Origin: a virus
Taxonomy: Duplodnaviria; Caudoviricetes
IMG/VR virus record: IMGVR_UViG_3300012002_000216
Span: 1 to 57,881 of that record
Direction: 5' to 3' (one strand)
DNA length: 57,881 bases
Part shown: one piece after another, positions 18,498 to 28,572 of the stretch
Layout: the number at the start of each line of letters is the position of its first letter
Position numbering within the stretch: the stretch's first letter is position 1
The notes under the pieces: model-generated
What the model was told of the DNA's origin: nothing
The model's database searches: none
Seen by the model: the letters and a program-made list of their open reading frames with translations, nothing else
Program-made: the position numbers and the translations under genes

Positions 18498-18899
18498 TTG
18501 AAAAGCCTTCCTTGCAAGATTCACTACATTCGGGCTAAAAAACAAGATCATATTGTTATTGTAGGAGTAACACAGCAGAAGATTCCAAAAGCTATTTTCG
18601 CAGATATTAAACGAGACAGGAACCTACTCAACGCTCAATCTGGAACATTGTCTTTTTCCAAAAATAAGGCCTCGCTAACTTGTGACAATGGTATTGAAAT
18701 CGATAATTTGTTCACAGACTTCAATGGAGTAGCTGGGCTAGTGTGTAGGCTTCTTACAGTCGCATTGGAGCATGGGGCTCCATTGAATCAGCTAATTCAT
18801 ATACTTCGTAAGTCTCATGCGCAAATAAATCTAGAAGCCGCAATAATTCGAGTGCTACGATACTATGAATCATTGACACAGAATAGTGAAGAAGAGTAA
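18498..18899 (+). CDS. stand-alone class II ribonucleotide reductase C-terminal (TSCPD-like) domain
   Basis: LPCKIHY...IVIVG...P.AIF and VCRLLTVALEHGAPLNQLI..L.K...IIRVLRYY match the NrdJ C-terminal domain pattern as recalled. Confidence 0.55.
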   Translation: MKSLPCKIHYIRAKKQDHIVIVGVTQQKIPKAIFADIKRDRNLLNAQSGTLSFSKNKASLTCDNGIEIDNLFTDFNGVAGLVCRLLTVALEHGAPLNQLIHILRKSHAQINLEAAIIRVLRYYESLTQNSEEE

Positions 18900-18934
18900 T
18901 ATATCTTTGTATATTACAATATAGGAGGACTGAT

Positions 18935-19228
18935 ATGAAGTTCGAAGTAACGTTTGAGGTTAGTAAAGACGACCAAATAATTGTGCTAACAACTGAAGAG
19001 GCACAGGAGCTTTATAATAGGTTGAAACAGCACTTTGGAAACGACCCGCCTGTGAATCCAATTCCAATTATTTACCCGCAAGGTCCTCAACCGCCATATA
19101 CGCCTATGCCTAATACGCCATATGTACCGTGGACAGAGCCTAGTACAGATACGCCACCAGGTCCACCTCCGTGGACTATTACCTGTACATATGGGGACAC
19201 GTACGGGGAATCGAGTGTAACAAATTAA
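18935..19228 (+). CDS. Pro-rich hypothetical protein
   Basis: SD GGAGG; Pro-rich C-terminal half. Confidence 0.7.
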   Translation: MKFEVTFEVSKDDQIIVLTTEEAQELYNRLKQHFGNDPPVNPIPIIYPQGPQPPYTPMPNTPYVPWTEPSTDTPPGPPPWTITCTYGDTYGESSVTN

Positions 19229-19238
19229 GGAGAATGCT

Positions 19239-19409
19239 GTGGAAGAGCAAAAGGATCTACAAGAAAAAACTCAACGTTTGGTTGAGGTAGATGGTCGTAA
19301 GATGTCTGAGAAAGAGCTTGCAGAAAAGCAAAGGAATCTTCCTAAAGATGAACGTCTTACAGAGGTTGAGCCAGGTAAGTTTCGAACGCTAAAGCGTATG
19401 CAGGAGTAA
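19239..19409 (+). CDS. small hypothetical protein (not in ORF track)
   Basis: GTG start after AAGGAG; 56 aa MEEQKDLQEKTQRLVEVDGRKM...LTEVEPGKFRTLKRMQE; fills the gap between neighbours. Confidence 0.65.
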   Translation: MEEQKDLQEKTQRLVEVDGRKMSEKELAEKQRNLPKDERLTEVEPGKFRTLKRMQE

Positions 19410-19411
19410 TT

Positions 19412-20350
19412 GTGAAGTATAGAGCAATTCTTATAGATGCCCTCAATCTGCTCTATCGATTGCGTGAGCAACATAATGAAGCAAGCAAAGTGTCCTCTAA
19501 GTATGTGTATCGTGATTTGGTAGTGCGATTTATTGCATTTATGGATGCTCTGCAAGATAATTATTTAGCTGCAGACGGGCAGGTGTTTTTTCTTTTCGAC
19601 CATTCACCATCTGGTCATGATCACAATCGTTCGTATAGGCATATTGGGCGCAAAGCTATCGACTCTCGATACAAAGAGAATAGACAACGAGACACCAAAG
19701 AATTCTATAATACGTTTGATCTGATTAAGTACTATTATCTTACCAACAAATCACACTATGTATCGCTTCAAGCACAAGGGTATGAGGCTGATGATCTGGT
19801 GAAGCCAGTCTTGACGTACATGGTACCTCATGATCAGCGCGCACTTTTGGTAACAAACGATCACGATTGGGCACGATACCTTAGTGAACGCGTGGATTGG
19901 CTTCCTAAGCTAGCACAAAAGCCAGCTACGATTCAAAACTATATAGAGGATAAAGGGTATAAACCGACCGAGCAATCCGTTCTGGTGTATAAGGCCGTTT
20001 TTGGGGATAGATCGGATAATATTCCTAACCTCTTATCAGAAAGCCCAAAACATGTAGCTGAGATGATAAACATCCTAGCCGAGCCCAACATCACTTCAGA
20101 TATGCTTCTTGAACGGAGCTTTCAATCGAAAAATATTGCTGAGTCTCCGATCTATCAAGCTATTCACGAAAACGAAAAGCAGTTTCGTATAAATGTTCAG
20201 CTCATACAACCAGTTCCTCTAGAAGAGAAACATCTTCGAGCGATCACATGTACAGGAAGAGATAGTGAGGTAGCTGTATCTGCAGTTCAAACAGCGCTAG
20301 GGATGCGCAAAGAGGAGCGAGTGTTTGTCTTTGGTAACATAAAGACATGA
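19412..20350 (+). CDS. 5'-3' exonuclease / flap endonuclease (T4 RNase H-like)
   Basis: LIDALNLLYR, FLFD, YKENR, GYEADDLV, TNDHDW, GDRSDNIP. Confidence 0.88.
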   Translation: MKYRAILIDALNLLYRLREQHNEASKVSSKYVYRDLVVRFIAFMDALQDNYLAADGQVFFLFDHSPSGHDHNRSYRHIGRKAIDSRYKENRQRDTKEFYNTFDLIKYYYLTNKSHYVSLQAQGYEADDLVKPVLTYMVPHDQRALLVTNDHDWARYLSERVDWLPKLAQKPATIQNYIEDKGYKPTEQSVLVYKAVFGDRSDNIPNLLSESPKHVAEMINILAEPNITSDMLLERSFQSKNIAESPIYQAIHENEKQFRINVQLIQPVPLEEKHLRAITCTGRDSEVAVSAVQTALGMRKEERVFVFGNIKT

Positions 20351-20351
20351 T

Positions 20352-20720
20352 TTATGTTTTGGTGTTTTCTACCAGGATGGTATCAAGGAGCCCTTCTTTA
20401 AGCTTGTTGATATAAGCATGAATATAGCAGAATTGACCCCATGTCAACTCATTTTGGTCACTACACATAGAATAGTATGCAACAGTAGCTATTTTAAGGG
20501 TGTTTAAGTACGAGCGAAATGCTTGACCATTTTCTGCGATCCAATGTAGCGCTTCTTGTGCGTCATAGCTATCAGACTGGTACCTTTGAAGATGGGCCTG
20601 TATTTCCATGGTTGTAATATAGCGATCCATTGCGGTTATATCATCACTAGAGTTCCATGCTTTTATATACATATCCAAATATTGAAACGTCTTTTCGTCT
20701 AACTCTAACTTACAGAACAT
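20352..20720 (-). CDS. hypothetical protein
   Basis: Start MFCKLE after GGGGTGGGA; ACTAATT upstream. Confidence 0.65.
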   Translation of the reverse strand: MFCKLELDEKTFQYLDMYIKAWNSSDDITAMDRYITTMEIQAHLQRYQSDSYDAQEALHWIAENGQAFRSYLNTLKIATVAYYSMCSDQNELTWGQFCYIHAYINKLKEGLLDTILVENTKT

Positions 20721-20740
20721 TGTCCCACCCCGTATACTAG

Positions 20741-20747
20741 AATTAGT
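20741..20747 (-). promoter_or_regulatory. ACTAATT putative late promoter
   Basis: 20 nt upstream of the 20720 start. Confidence 0.55.
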
Positions 20748-20768
20748 CTGACTGAGAGAGAATGAACT

Positions 20769-21800
20769 ATGAAGCAATCGATATATTTACTAGGTGATCT
20801 GCATCTATCTGCGTCACAACCCTGGTCATTACCGACAGGAGACGCATTTTTAGAATGGTTTGAGCGCTTTGAGCCAGACCCTGACTCCATATTTATTGCA
20901 TTAGGGGATCTAACAAATGATGCGGTTAACCCAGGTGCTGTCATTCGGCAGTTAGAGCGCTTTATCAATATTGCTCAAAGCAAGTTTTCTCATTCGTATT
21001 TACTGGTAGGTAATCATGATCTCAAGCTGTTCAAAAACAGACCCCAACTAGCCTTCGACTATGCGCGCGAGAAAAAGGGAGTCACTATTCTTGAGGAACC
21101 TGCCGAGATACTTGAGATTGCAGGACTCAACGTGCTCTCATTACCACACTATAATTATAGAGATGATATTCCGTCAATGGGAGAGTATTATGAGAACCTC
21201 CCTGATGAGATCGCCAAACAATCTTTTGATTTGCTAATTGGGCATTTTGCAGATACATCTGCTTTCACGTTTGCGCATAACATTGACCTTACCTATCTAG
21301 ACACCAAACTCACATGTCTAGGAGATATTCACGCTAGAATCTCCGACCATTATATTGGCTCGGTGTATGCATGCAAGATCTCAGAAAATGAGACGCCACG
21401 GCCGCGGGCAGTTTGGAAGGTGTGGAAGGAGCAAGATGAAGTCTATAAAGAAGAAATTGAGCTACCACATTTTTGCGACTATCGGGTAGTAGAATACCCT
21501 AACGCGCTCCCGCCAACTACATCACCAGTCACTGTATGGACGGTACTGGGAGCCGAGAATGAGGTCATCGCTAAGAACTTCTACAAAGATATCTATATTC
21601 GCGGTGTTCATCTATCTCGTAAAAAGAAGGATAAACGAACTGCATCCTCTACTGAGAATTTCGTTATTCAAGACCCTATTGAAGTATTCAATGACTGGCT
21701 AAAAGAGGTACAAGAGCCAGTTGCGAGACCGGTTGCTAAAATAATACGAGATCTCCTGAAACCCCAAGCCAGCCAGACTGAAGTAACAAAGAACGACTGA
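20769..21800 (+). CDS. Mre11/SbcD-like recombination nuclease (gp47-like)
   Basis: Metallophosphoesterase motifs GDLH, LGDL, GNHD, GH, GDIH. Confidence 0.85.
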   Translation: MKQSIYLLGDLHLSASQPWSLPTGDAFLEWFERFEPDPDSIFIALGDLTNDAVNPGAVIRQLERFINIAQSKFSHSYLLVGNHDLKLFKNRPQLAFDYAREKKGVTILEEPAEILEIAGLNVLSLPHYNYRDDIPSMGEYYENLPDEIAKQSFDLLIGHFADTSAFTFAHNIDLTYLDTKLTCLGDIHARISDHYIGSVYACKISENETPRPRAVWKVWKEQDEVYKEEIELPHFCDYRVVEYPNALPPTTSPVTVWTVLGAENEVIAKNFYKDIYIRGVHLSRKKKDKRTASSTENFVIQDPIEVFNDWLKEVQEPVARPVAKIIRDLLKPQASQTEVTKND

Positions 21801-21814
21801 TTCCCCAGCTCGGG

Positions 21815-21821
21815 ACTAATT
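21815..21821 (+). promoter_or_regulatory. ACTAATT putative late promoter
   Basis: Only 4 nt before ATG 21826 and no SD, so probably a leaderless transcript. Confidence 0.6.
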
Positions 21822-21825
21822 ATGT

Positions 21826-23073
21826 ATGGCCCGAGAATTCGTACAGCAAAAGTTTTTTGATCACAGTCTCTTTACTAATACCTACTACGCATCTCTCATT
21901 CCTCTAGAATACTTTGTATCTAACGTATTGATGAGGGGTGAGCTCTCACGGGTACTTTGGGCCTCTGATGATATGGCGTTCTATCGTCGCTTTCTAACAG
22001 TGGGAGCTGAGAATGGAGCTAATGTAACAGAGATTAAACCCGCTAACTTGGAGCTTCCATTCGTAAACTATTGGTATAGTGGGGGCTGGGCCCCAGATGA
22101 CAGAGCATACGCGGTACAGCCTAAGCAAATGATCAACGGCGTTTGGCATGAAGGATTACCTGGATATTTACGCGCCATGGCTGTTCGAGGGGATTTTTCT
22201 TTTACAGCCTTCTACAGTAGAGATGACGATTCACGGCTCGCATACGAGCTGTTACTTTGGGAGCAGACTCCTAAAGGTCCAGCTCAATTCGCTACATATC
22301 TGAAATGGAACGATACAGATATAGCCATACCTACATTCTTTACGATAGAAGATCCTCAGTTTAACCCCGATTTCCAAGAGTCCGAATGGCTGAAAGCTCA
22401 ACGTATCTTTCCTATAAAGTTTCGTATTGTGGCACGAACATACAGTATCCATATGAGAGCTCAAGAGTCGTATGACGGCATCAATAGGGAAACAGCCACA
22501 TACGCTACTGGAATTCCAAACTCTTGGGGTGGGCTATCTCTCACAGAAGAATCAATTCTTAGTTTCGCTGCAGCTAAGGGATGGGGCGATGCAAACGGTA
22601 CAGATCTTTCAACAGACATAGTATTAGAAACTGAAGAAGCTAGCGATGAGAGTGATTCAGAAAGTGGTGCTGAGAACGATCCGCGTGCAATTACTACAGA
22701 TATCGTAACCGGGTATTTCCAGGGTTCAAAGGATCTCGAAGTCAACTATTGTAAGATTGTTGAAGAGTCAATCACTTCGACATCCTTTACATTAGAGTGG
22801 CAGATCAAACCTTCAGATAGAGAACGCTTCTCTCATATAAAAATTCTCGTGCCTGGTCAAGCTCCTGCATGGATACCTGACGCGTTTGAAACATCATATG
22901 AAATGTCTGGGTTATATCCTAGCTCTGACTATCATGTAATCGTATTGTTCTATGCTACATCTGGAATTGTAACTGATGTTCATCTACAGGTACAAACTGC
23001 GCCCGATCCCGCTGATCCAATACAACGACCGTTAACACGAAGAATGGGTAACCTACGGGGTATGGAATGGTAA
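21826..23073 (+). CDS. tail terminator/neck-type structural protein with C-terminal fibronectin-III-like domain
   Basis: Directly upstream of the sheath; LELPFVNY segment; FN3 signature ITSTSFTLEW...SGLYPSSDYHV. Confidence 0.45.
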   Translation: MAREFVQQKFFDHSLFTNTYYASLIPLEYFVSNVLMRGELSRVLWASDDMAFYRRFLTVGAENGANVTEIKPANLELPFVNYWYSGGWAPDDRAYAVQPKQMINGVWHEGLPGYLRAMAVRGDFSFTAFYSRDDDSRLAYELLLWEQTPKGPAQFATYLKWNDTDIAIPTFFTIEDPQFNPDFQESEWLKAQRIFPIKFRIVARTYSIHMRAQESYDGINRETATYATGIPNSWGGLSLTEESILSFAAAKGWGDANGTDLSTDIVLETEEASDESDSESGAENDPRAITTDIVTGYFQGSKDLEVNYCKIVEESITSTSFTLEWQIKPSDRERFSHIKILVPGQAPAWIPDAFETSYEMSGLYPSSDYHVIVLFYATSGIVTDVHLQVQTAPDPADPIQRPLTRRMGNLRGMEW

Positions 23074-23099
23074 ACACTAAAGATCTCAAGCTACAACCT

Positions 23100-23106
23100 A
23101 CTAATT
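23100..23106 (+). promoter_or_regulatory. ACTAATT putative late promoter
   Basis: Upstream of the sheath gene. Confidence 0.7.
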
Positions 23107-23143
23107 AGCTAACAGAGCGATAACGAAAGAGGAGTGTTAACTC

Positions 23144-25690
23144 ATGGATACATTTAGGCTGAATTTTATCGATATTGATCAATCGTTCAATATCCCAGTT
23201 GCAGACACCAGCGCTACCGGATACATGGTTTGCCGCGCACCGAAAGGCAGAACAGAAGCTATGTACTTCCCACGCGGGCAAACAACGCAGATCCACTCGA
23301 TGCTAGGTGCTCCAACCGCGCACTGGCCAGATCTACAGGATGCAATTGATTTCAATAATCAATTCGGGCTTTGGATCTCTGCGCCAGCTGGTTCAAGTGC
23401 AGATTACCAATCCTTTTATGGTGGTACATACATTACATCACGAGGCACTTTTCCATTCCTGGAAGTGACAGACCCAGAAGAGCCGAATTTCCGAACTCTT
23501 GTAGGGGTAGAGGATGAGGCAGGTACATATCTTCATGATACGCAAAGTTCAGTATCTCAGATATCTGTATCAATGTCCAATTCTAAAGACAAAATCTATA
23601 TCACAGATATCGATGGGCAGGTTCGCGCAAATAATCAAGGAATACGATTCCATTATTGGGGCAATCCCAACTATGCTGCACATCCTGGCCCAAAGGTGTA
23701 TGATCTGCATATGCGCGGGTCTACAGTATATACATATGATTCTGATGATAATGAGGTTGAAGTAGGATCATTTGCAGGTAATACCATTACTCTTACAGGT
23801 ACCCCTGGTGATAACAGCCTCATGGCTATCGACTTTGCAGAACTCGTAGATCCAGCACCTTACCTTACTGATAGTGCTGACTTTAAGCTTCCTCAAGAAG
23901 ATCCAGAGTACAATGAAACCACATACAAAGAAGAAGTTGCTGCACAGATCAGAGGTACCATGGATTGGATCATCAATCTTGAAAGCGACACCTACGCAGT
24001 TATTGCTCAGAAATCGCCCACTGAAACTCAGACACATGTAACTATCACTCATATAGGATACGACAAGTATCTATATGACTTGTCGTTGAACGCATACGTA
24101 AATGAGCATATGGTAGAGGGTCGCGGATTTCCATATCCTACTGTTGATGATACTGGAAACCCAGAGGGGCTCTTCTTCCTTTGGAATGAAGATCCTTTTC
24201 ATGGTGAGTCAGGTATTTACAAGTCTCAAGGCGACAGCATTCCGCCAGAAAATGTAACTGATAAGTATCGCACTCGTTATATTCGTATACATGGCGCTGG
24301 ATGGCTTCGAAATGCAGACGGAGATAGAATCGAGGATAATGACGGGAATAACCCTGAATTACAGCGTGTACTAGACTATGACCTTATTGCATCGCTACAA
24401 TACATTACCGCTGTTGGTAACCTCGTAGAGGCAACAGAAGATGGGCAGATTAAGCCACGTCTGAACCCTCGATATAATACAATTACGTTCCGTCTTGAAG
24501 AAGAGATCTATCCAGGTGAACTAACGCCAGGCGGTGAATTCCATGGATCGCTAGATCCAGCAGGCAGAGACAGCTTTGGTGCTAAGATTTACTTCCCAGA
24601 AGTACTACCAGACAATGCACTATCATTTGCACAAATTGATGTAATTCGAACTTTCGATAATGAAGTTGGCGATCATGGATTTTACGAAGGCTATCGTATT
24701 GTAGATCCTTTTGCTACCTCATCTCCTAATATTCGAACGCTTCGACTGGCAGGACAGCGATTTATCACTAAGATCAATAACGATCTACGCGCTAGAGGTA
24801 TTCTTGGTGGTGCATCAGTACCAGACTATGAGGACATTGTCCGCGAAGGTTGGACTGAAGCAAGTCACAGCGACTACGATCCGGTTCGTGTTTTTATGGA
24901 ACCAACTGGTATAGAGAGTCTCAAAGAGAACATTTACGCTCTTCGTTCTCAAGCGCATAAGATGAGCACATTTATCTCTGCTAAGAAGATTTCAGAAGCC
25001 GAGAAGAATGACCTCGAATCAGTAGTAGTAGTTGGTCGGCTCACAGGTACTGCACAATATGTGAACGAATTCCTACGACGTGACTCAACAACAGGACGTA
25101 AGTATTGGACATCCCTTATCGGAGCTATTGGTACTAAGCTTTGCGCCATTATTCAGCGTCGCATGGGTGGATGGGCGCCGATGTTCACCGATACTGGAGG
25201 TGTTGGTGGTCAGCTCGCTGTTAGTGTTGAAAGGGCGCGTTTCGAGTTCAATGCTGAAGAGAGTCGTATCTTAGACGAAAGAGGACTTAATCCTGTAATT
25301 CTTGATCCTTCATATGGCTTGATGATTATCAGTCAAAAGACCACACAAGATCCTGATAACCTATCGGATTGGTCCTATTTAGGTCATAGTATGGCTTTTG
25401 ACCTCTTTAAGAGAGAGGTTCGTGATAACGTCATGATTCCTCAGATCGGTAAACCAAACGATCCATACTATCAGTCAATGCGGCAGCAGCAAACTGATGC
25501 TATTCTTGGCCGTCGTACTGGTGGAGGAGCGCCGATTTGGGCTGGTGGTCGAATAGAGGTTGCTAACGTCAACACAGATGAGATCAGAGCTCAAAGAAAG
25601 TTCAAGATCAGGGCTACCGTCAAGGTAAACGTCTTCTCAGAGTACGTAGAGCTTGTATTTGTTAACGTTGGTCAAACAGTATCGCTCTAA
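23144..25690 (+). CDS. contractile tail sheath protein
   Basis: C-terminal sheath motifs WAP, LDERGLNPV, ISQKT, IGKPND, NTDEIRAQRKFKIRATVKV..FSEYVELVF; N-terminal FIDIDQS. Confidence 0.85.
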   Translation: MDTFRLNFIDIDQSFNIPVADTSATGYMVCRAPKGRTEAMYFPRGQTTQIHSMLGAPTAHWPDLQDAIDFNNQFGLWISAPAGSSADYQSFYGGTYITSRGTFPFLEVTDPEEPNFRTLVGVEDEAGTYLHDTQSSVSQISVSMSNSKDKIYITDIDGQVRANNQGIRFHYWGNPNYAAHPGPKVYDLHMRGSTVYTYDSDDNEVEVGSFAGNTITLTGTPGDNSLMAIDFAELVDPAPYLTDSADFKLPQEDPEYNETTYKEEVAAQIRGTMDWIINLESDTYAVIAQKSPTETQTHVTITHIGYDKYLYDLSLNAYVNEHMVEGRGFPYPTVDDTGNPEGLFFLWNEDPFHGESGIYKSQGDSIPPENVTDKYRTRYIRIHGAGWLRNADGDRIEDNDGNNPELQRVLDYDLIASLQYITAVGNLVEATEDGQIKPRLNPRYNTITFRLEEEIYPGELTPGGEFHGSLDPAGRDSFGAKIYFPEVLPDNALSFAQIDVIRTFDNEVGDHGFYEGYRIVDPFATSSPNIRTLRLAGQRFITKINNDLRARGILGGASVPDYEDIVREGWTEASHSDYDPVRVFMEPTGIESLKENIYALRSQAHKMSTFISAKKISEAEKNDLESVVVVGRLTGTAQYVNEFLRRDSTTGRKYWTSLIGAIGTKLCAIIQRRMGGWAPMFTDTGGVGGQLAVSVERARFEFNAEESRILDERGLNPVILDPSYGLMIISQKTTQDPDNLSDWSYLGHSMAFDLFKREVRDNVMIPQIGKPNDPYYQSMRQQQTDAILGRRTGGGAPIWAGGRIEVANVNTDEIRAQRKFKIRATVKVNVFSEYVELVFVNVGQTVSL

Positions 25691-25708
25691 CTCATATAAA
25701 AAGTACAG

Positions 25709-25734
25709 AAGCCCTCCTTCGGGAGGGCTTTTTT
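25709..25734 (+). terminator. intrinsic terminator
   Basis: AAGCCCTCC-TTCG-GGAGGGCTT-TTTT after the sheath gene. Confidence 0.9.
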
Positions 25735-25791
25735 ATTGCTAGATGCTATTTCTGTCAAAATAGGCGAAAGCAAAACAATATTTTCCAGCCC

Positions 25792-25798
25792 ACTAATT
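25792..25798 (+). promoter_or_regulatory. ACTAATT putative late promoter
   Basis: Between the terminator and the tube gene. Confidence 0.7.
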
Positions 25799-25843
25799 AT
25801 GTAAGATAGTTCGTGATCACATCACGTTTAAGGAGAGAATACG

Positions 25844-26605
25844 ATGGGAAATCTATCCAGTAACAACGTAGCTTCATTGCTTAATCTTGGCGCAGATGCA
25901 ATGGACAATATGTTTGACGTAACCATTGAGCCACCTGCCGGATTGACGTCTTTTGCAGGAGCAGAAATGGATTCAGTTGAATTTGATTCTGCACGATTTA
26001 AGCACGACATTACTATTCGTGCAGAAGGATTCAAGCCACCGGAGTTCAATGTCAAAACATATAAGGTAGCGTACAAGACGGTCGAAATCGATCGGCCTGC
26101 AACTCGTATTGAAGGTGACCGTCAATTTGAAATGACGTTTCGACTTGATGCTAACTATATGGCGTATCGATTCCTTGGGGCTTGGAGAGGTATTATCATG
26201 AATGCCTCTAGTGGATATGCCACAAATGCATTGTACGGAACTGATGGCGGCGGACTTAGCGAAATAAGTGGTGACCGCGACCTCTTTGATCAAATCGGGT
26301 CTAGTAACAGCGTATTTGGCGCTGTTCGTGTTGCAGCACTTAGTCGCCCAATTTACCAGATGGAAAGTGATCCATTCCAAGCACACGGTGTTTCAGCTGG
26401 TAAGTTTGAGGATGGTGCGAATACAGTTGTGGTACCTGGAAAGCCCAAAGACGATCAGCTTGCAAAGTGGGAGTTTACAGAGGTATGGATCTCTAATCTT
26501 ACTACACCAGATTACAAAGTTGATGGTGGTGATCCTATCACTGTAACAGCAACGTTTAAGTTTGGTAACTTCAAGGATCCGATCTACATGACGTACGGTG
26601 AGTAA
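25844..26605 (+). CDS. tail tube protein (gp19-like), paralogue 1
   Basis: Follows the sheath; NMFDVTI, PEFNV..Y.V.YKT, FEMTFRLD, WEFTEVW.SNL...Y, VTATFKF. Confidence 0.7.
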   Translation: MGNLSSNNVASLLNLGADAMDNMFDVTIEPPAGLTSFAGAEMDSVEFDSARFKHDITIRAEGFKPPEFNVKTYKVAYKTVEIDRPATRIEGDRQFEMTFRLDANYMAYRFLGAWRGIIMNASSGYATNALYGTDGGGLSEISGDRDLFDQIGSSNSVFGAVRVAALSRPIYQMESDPFQAHGVSAGKFEDGANTVVVPGKPKDDQLAKWEFTEVWISNLTTPDYKVDGGDPITVTATFKFGNFKDPIYMTYGE

Positions 26606-26632
26606 TATTACTCAGCGGAAGAAGGATAGATT

Positions 26633-27349
26633 ATGACTCTAAATAGCCAAATCACTGCGCTCCATAGCATTGGCGCCGATGCTATGGACAATCTCTATGA
26701 TGTATACATCACGTTACCCGAGGTACTAACAGATGAAAGTGCTAACAATATACCAGGAAATATTGCAGATCACTTTAGACTGCGTGCCGAGGGGTTTACG
26801 CCGCCGCAGTTTACGCAAAAGAAGTACGAAGTACGATACAAAACAGTAAAAATGAATCGACCTGCTGCACTCGTAGAAGGGGATCGTACATTTGAGCTAA
26901 CGTTCCGCATGGATGCGTACTATCGGGTATATCATGCACTTCTAGCATGGCGCTCCCTGCTTTTCGAACCTACTGTTGGTTATGCAAATCAGTCATTACC
27001 AGATGTAGATGAAGAGGGAGATCATTATGGTACTGTAGCTGTATACACGATGGTTCGTCCTCCTGCCCGTGTTAGGGGCGAAGGGTATACCTCTCGAGGT
27101 ATAACAGCGAACGGATTTGGTCCTGAAGAAAGTGGTGAAGCCACAAATCCCATCACTACAGGGGATTTTTGGGACAATGATGAAAGCGGAAACGCAACAG
27201 TACACAAAGCCTGGGAGTTCAGACAGGTCTGGATTTCAGAGCTAACCGAACCAGAGTTCAGCAATAGCGGTGGTGAAACACAAAAAATCAAAGCTACTTT
27301 TGAATTTGGAGAATACCGATCACCAGCAGCTGACTTCACAGCTCGCTAA
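26633..27349 (+). CDS. tail tube protein (gp19-like), paralogue 2
   Basis: Shares GADAMDN, RAEGF.PP.F, YKTV...RPA...EGDR.FE.TFR, WEF..VWIS.L with the previous ORF. Confidence 0.7.
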   Translation: MTLNSQITALHSIGADAMDNLYDVYITLPEVLTDESANNIPGNIADHFRLRAEGFTPPQFTQKKYEVRYKTVKMNRPAALVEGDRTFELTFRMDAYYRVYHALLAWRSLLFEPTVGYANQSLPDVDEEGDHYGTVAVYTMVRPPARVRGEGYTSRGITANGFGPEESGEATNPITTGDFWDNDESGNATVHKAWEFRQVWISELTEPEFSNSGGETQKIKATFEFGEYRSPAADFTAR

Positions 27350-27376
27350 TTTCCCCTACAAGTCCTATAAAAAGCA

Positions 27377-27399
27377 ACACGAAGAGCCGCTCTTCGTGT
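27377..27399 (+). terminator. intergenic hairpin
   Basis: ACACGAAGAG-CCG-CTCTTCGTGT, 10-bp stem, no clear U tract. Confidence 0.4.
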
Positions 27400-27413
27400 G
27401 TGCCTAGAGCTAC

Positions 27414-27420
27414 ACTAATT
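27414..27420 (+). promoter_or_regulatory. ACTAATT putative late promoter
   Basis: Before SD GGGAG and ATG 27437. Confidence 0.7.
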
Positions 27421-27436
27421 ACGTGGGAGACATGTA

Positions 27437-28111
27437 ATGAGTAGTGTGCTAATAACAGAGCTTCTTCAACGTGGACGCATACAGCCATTTGTAGGCAACA
27501 TGTTCAATGTAGGGATCTTTGGTCGAGATCAATCTACACAATCAGAAGAGCTAGAGTTTGAACGAGCCAATCTTCGTTGTTCATCAATTTCAATTGGATC
27601 TCCAGAGCTCCAATTTGGTGATCGTCATCCTCTAACCAAGCAACATTTAATAGAGGGAATGTCCCTCATAGATACTATCTCTATTACGTGGTTAGAGGAC
27701 CAGCTGTTGAATGTTTGGAATTATCATCGCACCTGGATGTCGTATTTTTATGATCGTGAACGAGACCAATTTCGGTCAGGTGCACGCGGGAAGAGACGTG
27801 TAGCTGAGGTTTTTCTACAAGAGATGCTAGATAAACAATCAACAGATACTCCTAATGCACGGGAGGGACAAGCTGGTGCTACCCAGCACTTCCTTATCCT
27901 AGATGGGCTCATTCCTACAAAGTTGCCAGATTTTTCCCTCGGTTGGAGTAACGATGACAGTAGTTCGATGGAAATAGAGCTCACATATAGGGTAGACTCT
28001 ATACGATATCAAATTACTGATCAACGAGCTTTGTCTGCTGGAGAAGAGTCGCAGTTTCGGTCTCGTCCAGGTGGTCAATATCCAACTTCGTTTGAAGGAG
28101 TAGAGATCTAA
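27437..28111 (+). CDS. tube-fold baseplate/tube initiator (gp48/gp54-like)
   Basis: NMFNV, ISITWLED...WNYHRTW, GLIPTKL...LGWS, IELTY: diverged tube-like pattern and position. Confidence 0.5.
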   Translation: MSSVLITELLQRGRIQPFVGNMFNVGIFGRDQSTQSEELEFERANLRCSSISIGSPELQFGDRHPLTKQHLIEGMSLIDTISITWLEDQLLNVWNYHRTWMSYFYDRERDQFRSGARGKRRVAEVFLQEMLDKQSTDTPNAREGQAGATQHFLILDGLIPTKLPDFSLGWSNDDSSSMEIELTYRVDSIRYQITDQRALSAGEESQFRSRPGGQYPTSFEGVEI

Positions 28112-28542
28112 TGCCTAGTATCATCGAACGTAATATAGCTAAGTTAGGAAATCAATTTCTAGAGAATATCGAGTATGAAGACATAGACTACCGTGGAATA
28201 GGGGTTCCTGGAGATAACATTACCTTGAAATCCGGAGCAGTTCTGGTAAATGACTTGAAGCTCTGGTTACAAGCCTCTAAAGGAGACTATTATCGTCGTT
28301 GGGATATGGGCGGGTATTTTGATACAAAGGTGCGCACCTTCCCTCTAAATGCAGAAGGTGCTGAGCGACTGAAAGAGGATCTTCGTGCAACTATTGAAAA
28401 GCAATTTCCATCTGTGGAAGTCCTAGATATGACGGTCGAAGCATTATTTGCTAGACGAGCGTGGAAAATTCGAATAGTAGCACGCGATAGGTACACCGGT
28501 GTGCTTGGTCCTCTTGAAGCAGGAATTCCGGTACCAGAGTAG
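28111..28542 (+). CDS. baseplate wedge/sheath initiator (gp25-like)
   Basis: NDLKLWLQASKGDY.R.WDMGG...IEKQFPSVEV; 143 aa; precedes the gp6-like gene. Confidence 0.65.
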   Translation: MPSIIERNIAKLGNQFLENIEYEDIDYRGIGVPGDNITLKSGAVLVNDLKLWLQASKGDYYRRWDMGGYFDTKVRTFPLNAEGAERLKEDLRATIEKQFPSVEVLDMTVEALFARRAWKIRIVARDRYTGVLGPLEAGIPVPE

Positions 28543-28546
28543 ATAT

Positions 28547-28553
28547 ACTAATT
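28547..28553 (+). promoter_or_regulatory. ACTAATT putative late promoter
   Basis: Intergenic, before 28573. Confidence 0.7.
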
Positions 28554-28572
28554 AGGAAAGAGGATAGTACGA

